From contig CM022665.1 in NCBI GenBank assembly GCA_012295275.1, positions 48,112,001 through 48,176,000 of the forward strand: a DNA stretch of 64,000 nt. Reading direction: 5' to 3'. This document shows positions 41,160-54,225 of this stretch, in pieces. A model generated the notes under the pieces. The model did no database searches. It saw only the letters and a list, made by a program, of their open reading frames with translations, and had not been told where the DNA came from. Source of the stretch: Chrysomallon squamiferum (taxonomy: Eukaryota; Animalia; Mollusca). Positions within the stretch are counted from its first letter, which is position 1. Every line of letters starts with the position of its first letter. A program made the position numbers and the translations under genes.

Positions 41160-42280
41160 GTGAATTAAAACTGTATATAACACAGTAAATTAAAACTGTA
41201 TATCACACAGCGTGAATTAAAACTGTATATAACACAGAGTGAATTAAAACTGTATATCACACAGCTGAATTAAAACTATATATAACTCAGTGAATTAAAA
41301 CTATATATCACACAGCTGAATTAAAACTATATATAACTCAGTGAATTAAAACTGTATATAACTCAGTGAATTAAAACTGTATATCACACAGCTGAATTAA
41401 AACTATATATAACTCAGTGAATTAAAACTGTATATAACACAGCGTGAATTAAAACTGTATATCACACAGCTGAATTAAAACTGTATATCACACAGCGTGA
41501 ATTAAAACTGTATATAACATAGGATGAATTAAAACTGTATATAACACAATGTGAATTAAAACTGTATATAACACAACGTGAATTAAAATTGTATATAACA
41601 CAGCGTGAATTAAAACTATATATAACACAGCGTGAATTAAAACTGTATATAACACAAGATGAATTAAAACTATATATAACACAGCGTGAATTAAAACTAT
41701 ATATAACACAGCGTGAATTAAAACTATATATAACACAAGATGAATTAAAAATATATATAACACAGCGTGAATTAAAACTATATATAACACAGGATGAATT
41801 AAAACTATATATAACACAGCGTGAATTAAAACTATATATAACACAGCGTGAATTAAAACTATATATAACACAAGATGAATTAAAACTATATATAACACAG
41901 CGTGAATTAAAACTATATATAAAACTATAACAGTGTGAATTAAAACTATGTATAACATAGGATGAATTAAAACTATATATAACATAGGATGAATTAAAAC
42001 TATATAAAACACAATGTGAATTAAAATATAAAACACAGTGTGAATTAAAGCTAACATAGGATGAATTAAAACTATATAAAACACAGGATGAATTAAAGCT
42101 ATATAAAACACAGTGTGAATTAAAGCTATATAAAACACAGTGTGAATTAAAACTATATAAAACACAGTGTGAATTAAAGCTATATAAAACACAGTGTGAA
42201 TTAAAGCTATATAAAACACAGTGTGAATTAAAACTATATGGTCAATTAAAACTCCATATAACTCAGTGTAAATTAAAAGT
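41160..42280. repeat. 27-bp minisatellite, about 40 copies, starting exactly at a donor-like GTGAAT
   Basis: gtgaattaaaactatatataacacagc with variants; source of ORFs 41488-42297 and 41589-41930. Confidence 0.95.
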
Positions 42281-43093
42281 ACCTTAATGTAATCCACTGT
42301 CTAAATATTTGACATCATTTTTCTGTTTTGTTTTTTCCTTAAAGTCTGGAGAAATGGAAAACATTCTCGTTTATTTGTTAGTAGATTTTTAACACAATAT
42401 TTTACTACGATTACGTCAATTCGAGTGACAACGTCACTGGCATGGGGAACTGGAAGGCGCCGAGTAGGTTGAACGTCTGCAGTGTTACATTATTTCATCT
42501 GTTTTACGTTATCAGTGGTAATTTATAGCTCTTTAGTCACACAGCTAAATTACAGACTGCTGTCCCTTTGATCCAGCTGTGTTTAATTCCGGCAGTTTGA
42601 TCAAACTCTCACTCACTCACGTTTCCTCACTGAAGTCTATTTTTTAATTTTTTTATTTTTTAAGACTTTTTACTGTTCTTCATTTTGACAAATACATAAA
42701 ATAATAAATAAATAAATAAAATAATAAATAAATAAATAAATAAATAATTCAGGCGTAATAAAACAGATTTATCCTACTATTTGTCATATTTAAATTAATA
42801 ATCAAAAGAATTATTTGAATTGTTGTAGAGCTTCGAGTATAAAATCGTCAGCAAATCGCTTCAAGGACGCTATCACAGTGAATACGTGTGTTAGCTTCAC
42901 ATTGTCTTGTTAACGTAGATAAAACTGTACAATAACTGGTTGTTACGTAAAGTTGTTTAAAATCAATACCTGTACTTACTACTTGTAACTATATTTAGAA
43001 TTCTATATTTAAATGAATGTATAAACTGGTGACATCGTTATCGCTATAGTCTTAATCAGCAAAAAAAAAAAAAAAAAAAAAAAAGAGAAGATT

Positions 43094-43248
<155 letters not shown>

Positions 43249-44440
43249 ACACATACACCAACATATTAAAATCATTCTTCATTCAGTGTAGGATAGAAAA
43301 ACATAGAAGTTTTCAAAGATAAAAATGATGGTTCTATAAACTATCACATTTTAATATTAGGCATAATCAACAGCAGAAATATTATCATTTGTATAAGGTT
43401 TACAACTTTGAGAGGAAGTAAAATTATGGCTTTCTTTTATTTTTTTTTATGAGCTACTTTAAAATGAATGTGAAATCTACTATAAAAATAAATGTAATAA
43501 AATCACAAATTTGACAATATAAAATAAATGTAATAAAATCTGACAGTACTAAATGAACGCAACAAATATCTGGCAATGCAAAATAAATGTAACAATTTCG
43601 GAAAAAATAAAATAAAACAAAATTTTGAGTAGAACAAAGCAAAATGCTGCACGTTACAACGGGTTTTATCAAAGCCTGGACGATACTAAAACAGAGGAAA
43701 TTCCTGGAATGATATAGAATGTATCGAACATTTGTTTTCTACTTTTTACGTTTTAAAAATAAATAATAAATTCCCGGGAGTAATATTATTTTAAAACAGA
43801 TTTTTTTATATTATTAAATATAAAACAGTAACAGTTACGTAATATTTAGTAACATTATCGTGTCGCATGCAGCTAAAATTCAGTAAAAATCGTGTCTATC
43901 TCAGTAATACCAAGGTGAAACGTTTACTTAACTATTAACATACATTTACTCTAAAACACAATAATTCTAAACAATACAACACCCAAAGATTGCAACAGTT
44001 AGAACACAAAGCAAAATCATAAAATGAACTTTTTAAAACAGTGATATGCAACCCATGAAACATAATACAATTTAAAATCTAATAAATATGAAAAAATGGT
44101 ATATTTACGTATTTTATTTCTTTGCATTTATTTTATTTTTATATTTTAGGTATTAAAATAGTTGTAATGAAATAAATATATGTCGCAAATACATAAGCAC
44201 ACAAATAAATATGCATTTATTATCAGTAACTATTGTGTGTATATCTTATCTATCTATCTATCTATCTCTCTCTCTATCTATCTATCTATATATAAGATCA
44301 CAAACACTTGTTACCTGTAAACAGATTCGGCAGTTTAATCCTTCTGTCGTCTTCTTTCCCATAGTTTGTAATTCTTATGTCATCTTTTGGTTATTTCAGT
44401 CAACATCAATTTAGGTAACAATTAATTATCTGACAACAAT

Positions 44441-44580
44441 TGGTAATTGTCTCACTGTGACTGGTAATTATCTCACTGTGTTGGTAATTATCTCACTGTG
44501 ACTGGTAATTGTCTCACTGTGATTGGTAACTGTCTCACTGTGACTGGTAATTGTCTCCCTGTGTTGGTAACTGTCTCACA
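44441..44580. repeat. 21-bp minisatellite
   Basis: tggtaattgtctcactgtgac, about 6 copies. Confidence 0.85.
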
Positions 44581-45256
44581 GCGGCCGGTGCGGCTGTATG
44601 TTGCCGGTGCAGAGAAAACAAATCCAGTGGACAGGCAGTTCCTGATCAAGCCTCGATTCATCGACCGAATACGGCCAGAGTAATTTTCTAATGCTAAACG
44701 AATGTCAGCAAATTAGATCAGGCAGATCCGCTTTTCTTTGAAGACCCCGGCCCGTGTCTTGTGTTCGATAAAACGAACTTGAATGGAATTTGTCGAAATC
44801 ATTTGACAGTCGGCTTCCTGCCGCTGAGAAACATTTCGTTACAAACCTCTCTGTCTTACAAATCAAATATCTACCAGGACATAAAAAAAAAAACTTACTT
44901 CTGGAAGGGCAGGGTCGAAGGGTTTGGGGAGCAATTTTTCAATTACATTTGACAGAAGTGTGACGGTAATACGTGCTAGTAAAACCCATTTAAAAAGACC
45001 TCGGTCTAAAAAAGCGATTACAAATGATGCAGTGAAAGTGGCCGAGACGGCGTTCATACATAAAGTTAACAAGTCGACATGATCGATAGATTTAGTGCCT
45101 TCTGCTTGCAGGAAAAGATATTGATCAGAGCGAGTAATTTCTCAACTCTCTGTAGGCCAAAAGCTGGGCCCTGCAAACAAAACGTATGATTGTGAACGAA
45201 TGACGCAGACCCAAACACACGAAGACAGTTTAGGGTTAATAAACGACGTATCCACG

Positions 45257-45290
<34 letters not shown>

Positions 45291-45584
45291 AAATGAAAAG
45301 ATGGTTTCGTGACAGCTGTAAAGGCATAGTAATAAAATTCGTCTACGATCGATTTTCTAATTGTTCGTGTTAAAAAGAAACGTGGTTGGCAATGTTCTGT
45401 TTGAATGAAATCGTGCAGAGAGAGTTCATCACAACCCACACGTGTATCAGCGGAATTACTTCTGTGTGTACGTCCAGAAACAAGACATTTTACTTCGTCA
45501 GTGTCAGAACTCTGACATTCATACACTGCCCCGAGAAATATAACATTCATTTTCACCTTCTTAAACAGCTAGTATTGGTGGGCT

Positions 45585-45645
<61 letters not shown>

Positions 45646-46356
45646 AAGGAACTCCAAAATAATTCAGTATGACTTAGGTCTTTTTCTGTCAAATAATAAC
45701 AACAGTATCATCAAGAACAACAGCTACACTACCACTATACCGCTTCTGCTGCTGCTGCTACTACTACTACTACTACTACTACTAATAATAATAATAACAG
45801 TAGCATCAATAAAAGTAACAACAACGATGATGATGATGATGATGATGATGATGATATTAGGTGCCTTTGACGGTCTTGATTTCTGCTATTCGGATCCTTC
45901 ATTTATTTACTAGCATAAAATATTAGTATATTTGTTTGTTTGTTAATTGATAAACAAACACAAATACACAATAAACACAAGGATAAACAAGAATAAACAC
46001 AACAAATTATAAAGACACAAGCATAGTGTTTTCAGAAGAAAACAAACAAGCACACAAATAAGTTAAATTAAATTAAAAAGTAACAAATGTATCTCGTTGT
46101 TACTAAGCCGATGATAGTCTTAAAAAACAAACTGTAATTATGCTGACATTTCTGTAAGTTGAAGTGTATACTCTAATAAATAATTAACAAACAAAAACAA
46201 ATGAATAATTTCCTACCTAAAGACAGTAAAGGCTAATAACAAATAAAATATCACAGGACAATGTTAATATCTGTACTCCGTGAATGACGTTTGTCCATTA
46301 CTGACGTCATTTTGTCGTTCGGAATTGGTCGGTTATTTTCGACTGCCATACAAGGA

Positions 46357-46408
<52 letters not shown>

Positions 46409-46980
46409 TAAAAATTAAAATTAAATAAATAAATCAGCAATCAGTCATCTATTTTTATATTAATTATGATTATGTTTTTAATCCCAAATTTAATGGATAT
46501 TTAGTTTTTTTAATGTACGAAGTAGTTATTCGTACGACAGTCGAGTACCCTAAATTGTGATTTGGTTACGGGACTGCGTACAAGAACTAAATTAATGAAT
46601 GACATACGTCGTTTTAAACTATCCAGTGATAATTAGTCATCAATACATTTCCTAAATTAGAAAATGGCCAGAAGAGCGTTTGATGATTCACTGTTGACTC
46701 CTCACAAAATTCGCAAGATTAATTATCTAGCTTTTTCTAAAGTCATTTCAAAAGCGTACTGTGTCTGTGTTAATTATCAGTGCAAGCATGTTTGTCAGTA
46801 GGGAATAAGGAACACTGAAAACTATCAGAGCTAAAAACAGAATATATATGTGCGTATGTGTGTGGGTGTGTGTGTGTGCGCGCGCGCATATTGATAAAGA
46901 CTCATTTTAATTCATACATGTATATCATTTCATTATATCCGTGGCCGAAACTACACTGAGGCAAATGAGGCCGAAATTAA

Positions 46981-47033
<53 letters not shown>

Positions 47034-47964
47034 AATAAAAAGATTTAAAAATAATAATAATAATAATAATAAATAGCTAGAATCGAGGTTTTTGCGTCTT
47101 TCAAGTCAAAGATTCGCCCAATTTATTTTGCGATTAAGTGTTTTTGCCTCATATTAATAAGAGTCTTGTTACGGCCATGATATCATTTTATTTTATTTTG
47201 TTATGTAATGTTACGTTATTTTATTACATTACGTTGCGTTGCGTTGCGTTTATTTTATTTTATTATATTTTATTATATTTTATTTCATTTCATTTTTTAT
47301 TTTCTTTTTCTTTTTTTTAACCATAAAATATACTGTTATATGAGGTATTATATTATTCATACTTTAACAAATTCCAACAGTTACAGTTTCGGAATCACCC
47401 GCTCTCCGTTGTGCAAACAAAATTACGTTACGAACATGAAAACGTTTTATCTCAACCATTACTTCTGGAGCGAAATACATTGGCCTCATTATCTCTTTAT
47501 TTGAACGAAACATCTGCTGATGGCGATCACAGTAATGTGATTACGACAATAAAAATCAATCACACAAAGTCGCTGGACAGACAGAAGCGATTTATCTAAT
47601 GACTTCTGCAGCACTCGCGAAGTGACGTCAATTTCCGAGCGCGCGATAGTCTCGCGCACCGATACGTCTGCGCATTTGGCCGACCCGAAGCGAACACAAA
47701 TCAAACGGCGGTCTGTTTTATCAACTGACAGTTCGTGAATTATTTATTGTAACCAAGTTTAACTCTTACAGCGCTAACGAGTTTAACTCTTTGTGTGTTA
47801 GATGAGTGAAACCAAGCTTAGAGATATTTGATTAATGCTTCTATAAATCATCTCTTTATCTGTTTCTGCTCATCTCTTTATTTTTACAAATGAAACACAT
47901 TTAAAGTGAACGTTTGGAAATACATACAATTCCTTCTGATATTAGTTTTATTTATTTATTTATT

Positions 47965-48064
<100 letters not shown>

Positions 48065-48966
48065 CAGTTTAAAAATTAGAAAAGAAAACAAAGATAAAGA
48101 GGAAACAGAAGAAGAAGAAAAATCTTTCTTCTAGAAATTTATATAGCTAATTAATACTTTAAACAATATGGCAATACTTGTTAAAGGGGATTGGTGACTT
48201 CAAATGTTTTGCAGCATTATTGTGAGTAGGCCACAGTTTTGTTACTGATCTTCATATAATTGGTAGAATGTGTAATCTTGTCATTAACTTCATTCTGTCA
48301 CCTGCTGTACACATTCAATCAGTTATAGAGATGTCCAACTTGCAGACAGGCGAAAAAAGTCATGTTTAAATTAAAGTCAGTTACTTCTAAAAAAAATCCA
48401 CAGGATGAAAATGTTTAAAAATAAAAGATTTTTATTTCATTTGTTTGTTTTTTTCTTCTATCTTCTGCATGCAATCCACATCCCCATAAAAAAAAAAAAA
48501 AAACAAGCAAAAAAAAAAGTTTTACTTATTATTATTTATTTTATTTTAATATCATTATTTATTAGTGGAATGTACAAAAACAACATTCTTATAATACAAG
48601 TTTTTATTTTACATTATTAACAATCACTGTCATAATTCAACAAACAACACATTCATATTTTAACATAAACTATCATACACAGTAACATATTGCACATGTT
48701 AAAACATTAAAACACAGCTTAAGTCCCATGTAGATTACTTCAGCTAGTTAGTCTTGTTAGACACTATACAGGACAGTACATACCATACTTTTATATACTA
48801 ATCATTGTTTACCTGAAAACTAGTGATCATGACTGGTTTATCAGAACAAAATTTATATGATAAAATGAAAGAAAAAAGATTCCTTATGGCTAATAATGAA
48901 TACTACATACTGTAAATCAGATACACTATAACATTCATAGACTAGAACAGGAAATGACTCAATGGG

Positions 48967-49355
48967 TCAAACTCAGAATTTATACTCACTGCACCACTGA
49001 GTATTCAAACTCAGAATGTATGCTCATTGGATCACTGAGCATTCAAACTCAGAAATTATACTCACTGGATCACTGAGTATTCAAACTCAGAATGTATGCT
49101 CATTGGATCACTGAACATTCAAACTCAGAAATTATACTGACTGGATCACTGAGTATTCAAACTCAGAATGTATGCTCATTGGATCACTGAGAATTCAAAC
49201 TCAGAAATTATACTCACTGCACCATTGAGTATTCAAACTCAGAATGTATGCTCATTGGATCACTGAGCATTCAAACTCAGAAATTATACTCACTAGATCA
49301 CTGAGTATTCAAACTGAGAATTTACACTCACTGTACCACTGAGCATTCAAACTGA
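48967..49355. repeat. 38/39-bp alternating (dimeric) minisatellite downstream of the WASHC3 stop
   Basis: attcaaactcagaatgtatgctcattggatcactgagc alternating with attcaaactcagaaattatactcactggatcactgagt. Confidence 0.9.
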
Positions 49356-49755
49356 AATGTGTTTTAAATTAAAAAATATATATTATGAAAAAAGAAGAGC
49401 AGGACAAATAAAACAAATTCATTAATAAATTTTAAAAATATATATTCAGCATTTGATAAGAAAATACATACATCTTGGGAAAATAAGACTGTCTAGTCAG
49501 TAATGAAGTGCAACATGAAAAGTAAGCTAGTGATAACAAGTTTAATCAGTTCTTTGCAAATCAAACTGATTACGTAGCACTAAATCACAATCCTTCTTAT
49601 TTGTGGGAGATAACATGGGTTGTTAAACTTAGGTTACAATACATTATATAAGCATTCTTTATCTCAGAAAACACTATCAGCTTGTTAGATGTAATTAATA
49701 AACAATTTATTTTTGTTTACAACAAATTCACTGAAAGAAGAAGAAAAACAAAATC

Positions 49756-51397
49756 TCAGTCACTGAAGTCATCACTCCCTGAGTCACTTTTATCACTAAA
49801 ATCATCACTGTCACTATCCCCCTTAGTGGCTGCACCTCCCCCAGCAGTACTCTCCCCATCCTCAGGGGCTGGAGCGTCTGGTGTACTGGAAAGCAATAAA
49901 CACATACATCTTGAATACACATCAATCTTCATAAAATAATATACATGATTTATTGCATAGAAAGTAAACAAATATGATGACAGAAACATATTTGATAAAT
50001 TATAAATTTTATTTTTAATATTTGAAATATATATATATATATATATATACATATATAATTTATAATTTTATAAATAAATAAAGAGTGTTTTGATGATGAA
50101 AGATAATTAAAATTTCTCACTCTAACAAATCAGGATTGAGTCCTTCAGCCAACATTTTGTTCCTTAGAGCCATTTGTGGCACTCCCTGAAATAACAGTTA
50201 CAACAGTTTCATTAAAACTACTGTCTAATATTTCACTACACATATTACTACATATACTACTACATATACAACATTTTATTTCTTAGAGCCATTTGTGGTA
50301 CTCCCTGAAATAATACTACTACATATAATATATATATATACACACACAACATTTTGTTCCTTAGAGCCATTTGTGAAATAACAGTTACAACAGTTTGATT
50401 AAAACTACTGTCTAATATTTTACTACACACATTACTACATATACTACTACATATATAACATTTTATTTCTTATAACCATTTGAAGTATCAATTACAAGTT
50501 TGATTAAAACTACTGTCTAATATTTTACTACACATATTACTACATATACTATTACTTATACAACATATTTATTAATTCTGTTTGAAAACAAAACAAATAA
50601 ATCAAGTGTTAAAGTGTTACACAGTATATATATGTATATGTGTATGTATATGTGTTCATGTCTGCATGTGTATGTATATGTGTATGTATATGTGTTCATG
50701 TCTGCATGTGTATGTATATGTGTATGTATATGTGTTCATGTCTGCATGTGTATGTATATGTGTATGTATATGTGTTCATGTCTGCATGTGTATGTATATG
50801 TGTATGTATATGTGTATGTATATGTGTATGTATATGTGTATGTATATGTGTTCATGTCTGCATGTGTATAAAGTTAGTGTAAAAGTAATACATATCATAA
50901 ATTTTAAATGATGAAATTACACAATACAGCAAAACCTCTAAGATAATGTTTATAAATGTTATTTAAATATATATATATATACATATACACCAACACACAC
51001 ACAAACATTGGTTTAATAGACAACTATATAAACAAATAAATCTACTCTACACAAAACTACATTTCCTAAACAAAACACTTCTATAGAATTAAGACCCCAG
51101 TATATTTTTGTATTAAATTATAAATCACCTGTTAAAAATAACAAAACTACGATTCCTAAATAAAACACTTTTATAGAATTAAGACACAAACCAACCAGTA
51201 TTTGTAAAGTAACAGCCCAGTATATTTTTGTATTAAATTATAAATCATCAGTTAAAAATAACAAAACTATGATTCCTAAATAAAAAAAAACAAAAATCAG
51301 AGCTGTTCTCACTCACCACTTGCAGCATTTTAAAAAACTTGGAATATCTCGGATCCTGCGACACTGTTTTCTGAGGTTTCACTTCCTCCTGTGCTGG

Positions 51398-51433
<36 letters not shown>

Positions 51434-51468
51434 TTCCTACAAAATACAAAAATACCATTCAGCCTGAG

Positions 51469-51506
<38 letters not shown>

Positions 51507-53893
51507 CTTACAGTGACTCAGTCAGTGTAGTAAATTAACCCATGACTGTCATGTTAACTTGAAATAATGTTTTATGTTAAAACTGAAGCAGCAATTGTCA
51601 TGTCATATAAAACATTTTCTGTTTTAAAAATATTTAACTAATATAGAGTCCAGAGTTGAATCCAGTTGTTTATTAACTGTTATAAATTATATGAAATGCA
51701 TAATATAACAGTAATAATATCATCTTATCATAAAAATAACTTATTTATATATATCATCAGTGCTTTTTTTATTTATCATATAACATCTTACTATTTATGT
51801 TATCAATCATTTATCAATAATTTACTGGTTCTGCAGTATCTGTTATTTTAACATAAAATAACTTATTTATTTATACTATTAGTCTGTTATAACAACTTAC
51901 TGGTTTAGCACTATCTATTACTATTGTCTTAACATAAACATTACTTATTTATTTATATTATTAGTCTGTTGTAACAACTTACTGGTTTAGCACTATCTAT
52001 TACTATTGTCTTAACATAAACATTACTTATTTATTTATATTATTAGTCTGTTGTAACAACTTACTGGTTTAGCACTATCTATTACTATTGTCTTAACATA
52101 AACATTACTTATTTATTTATATTATTAGTCTGTTATAATAACTTATTGGTTCAGCACTATCTATTACTATTGTCTTAACATAAACATTACTTATTTATTT
52201 ATACTATTAGTCTGTTGTAACAACTCACTGGTTCAGCAGCTGCTGCTGGTGTGGGTCCTGATGATGCTGGTGCAGTAGTAGCTGCTGCTGCTTGTGGCAC
52301 TGGCTGTGAAGATGCTGCTGATGTTGATGACGATGTGTCTGCTGTTGTACTGCTCTGTGCAACTGTCACATTTTCCAAACCAGGTATTGATGACAGCTAA
52401 TAAAAATCAAAAATAATAATTAAACAAAAACAATCAATAATTAATAACATTTACCAGATGTATATTCTATAACAAATACACTATAATTAAATCTACTGTA
52501 ACAGATATATTATAACTGACGTATTAAAATCAGATATACTATAACTGATATATTAAAATCAGATATACTATAACTGACGTATTAAAATCAGATATACTGT
52601 AACAGATACGTACTATAATCAGATATGCTATAATTGATATATTAATAACAGATATACTATAATTTATATAGTAATATCAGATATATTAAACAGACAGATA
52701 TACTACAATCAAGATATAAAAATACTGTTACATTTTCTGATAATCATTTTACAATTTCTCTATAGCTTACAAACACAATTTTATCAATATACATTATATA
52801 CAGTGACTTTTTTGTATTGTGAAAATTTTTAAATGATTAACTATAATTTTATTATACATCTTTAAACCTTTATGTTAAATCAATAATTTGTTTTTGTTTT
52901 TTGGGTTATTATGAAATGGAACACAGCTAGTGTGACATGGACAAAAGGCAAGCCTGAATACATGTGTGTGTGTATTTTATTTTAAAAGCCATGAGAGCCA
53001 ATAAGATGTCTCTATGCTTCAGTTTTTTGTTACACTATATATCATGTCTGACATCTAAAAATCTGAAAATATGAACAAAACAGTAGTTACCTCAGCCTCA
53101 AATATTCAAAATAACATTAATAAAAAAATAATATTAAATATCCAGCAATACACATGCTGCTGTTGTTGTTTTTTTAATATTTTTACTGGACTTTATAAAT
53201 ATTATCCGAAGCTGGAATTCATAAAACAGTAAGTCAAATGAAAACAAAATATTCTTAAAACTACACTGGTATATTTTAAATGAATGGATTGCATCTCCCA
53301 GACATCTATTTAATACTAATAAATTATTTTGAAACATAGAAATAAACTTTCAACCTTGGCTTCAAGAACACTCATGGAAATCTCCAGTTGCTGTAGTCTG
53401 TTTGACATCAGCTCCAGCTTCTCCTCACAAACACAGGAGAATCGGTTGAGAAAGCTGGCTGTGTGACTGATGAAATGATTGATGAAGGCTATTGTTCTCT
53501 TCTGTTGTATTGCTTCAACCTAAAATGTTTGACAACTTAATTAATTTTCACTTTAATCTAAAACATTATTATTATTATTATTATTATTTTAATATTGTAG
53601 AATTTTTCACCAGTTAGCACTAGCACATTTTATTTATTTATATATTTATTTTATTTTATTTTATCTTACCCTGTGTACAAAAAGTTAGGTACCTGTGGAA
53701 AGTTTATGATGGGATTTTTCTATTATATTTATTGTTTGTTATTTATCCTTTCTTGAATAAATGTTGGTTATTTTATAAATAATAAATAACAGTAAGATTA
53801 AACTTAATGTTATTATTATTATTATCATTGGTAATTATGTACCCTAGTGTAGTCGATCCCAGGTCCTACTAAAGGTAAACCATCAGCATCCAT
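49756..53893 (-). CDS. WASHC3: WASH complex subunit 3 (CCDC53), 232 aa, 6 coding exons
   Basis: Exons 53893-53843, 53519-53355, 52396-52229, 51436-51317, 50185-50121, 49885-49756. MDADGLPLVGPGIDYTRVEAIQQKRTIAFINHFISHTASFLNRFSCVCEEKLELMSNRLQQLEISMSVLEAKLSSIPGLENVT...TVSQDPRYSKFFKMLQVGVPQMALRNKMLAEGLNPDLLDTPDAPAP... plus an acidic D/S tail matches the known CCDC53 architecture. Confidence 0.95.
51820..52240. repeat. 82-bp tandem repeat containing the WASHC3 exon-3 donor plus about 10 exon bases
   Basis: caacttactggtttagca-type motif at 51893, 51975, 52057, 52139 versus the real donor caactcactggttcagca at 52221. Confidence 0.92.
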
Positions 53894-54225
53894 GACAATT
53901 GTTTTACGCTACGAACAGGAAGACATAAGACTAAGTAGTAAGTTTCTAACGCGGGAGGTGGGGTTTTAATGAAGGTCAAGGTTATGTCAGATTCGCACCG
54001 ATACTTAAAAATAAATAAAAAATACACATAATATTAGCATCATCTTTCAAACGACAGATAAATACTAACAGTAACGATGTGAATATTTGATAGTTGTTAA
54101 AAGGGTTTTAGATTTTAATAATTTTTTTATATTTTTCTCGTAACTGCTCCCGACACTACTTCCGGTAATCTAGGTTTTGCAAAAATTTTATGAATGGTAA
54201 CTTTATAATCTTCAAAAAATAAACA
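53894..54225. promoter_or_regulatory. Bidirectional promoter between WASHC3 and TNPO3
   Basis: Divergent ATGs only 332 bp apart; ETS motif ACTTCCGG at 54158-54165; locally raised CpG content. Confidence 0.75.

Noticed and set aside
41488-42297. 269-aa and 113-aa ORFs
   Set aside because: Translations of a 27-bp minisatellite with 9-aa periodicity.
45386-45913. 175-aa ORF
   Set aside because: Largely (AG)n, (CTA)n and (ATG)n repeats; no recognisable domain.
50582-50911. Cys/Met/Tyr-rich ORFs
   Set aside because: Translation of a TG/TA-rich tandem repeat in a WASHC3 intron.
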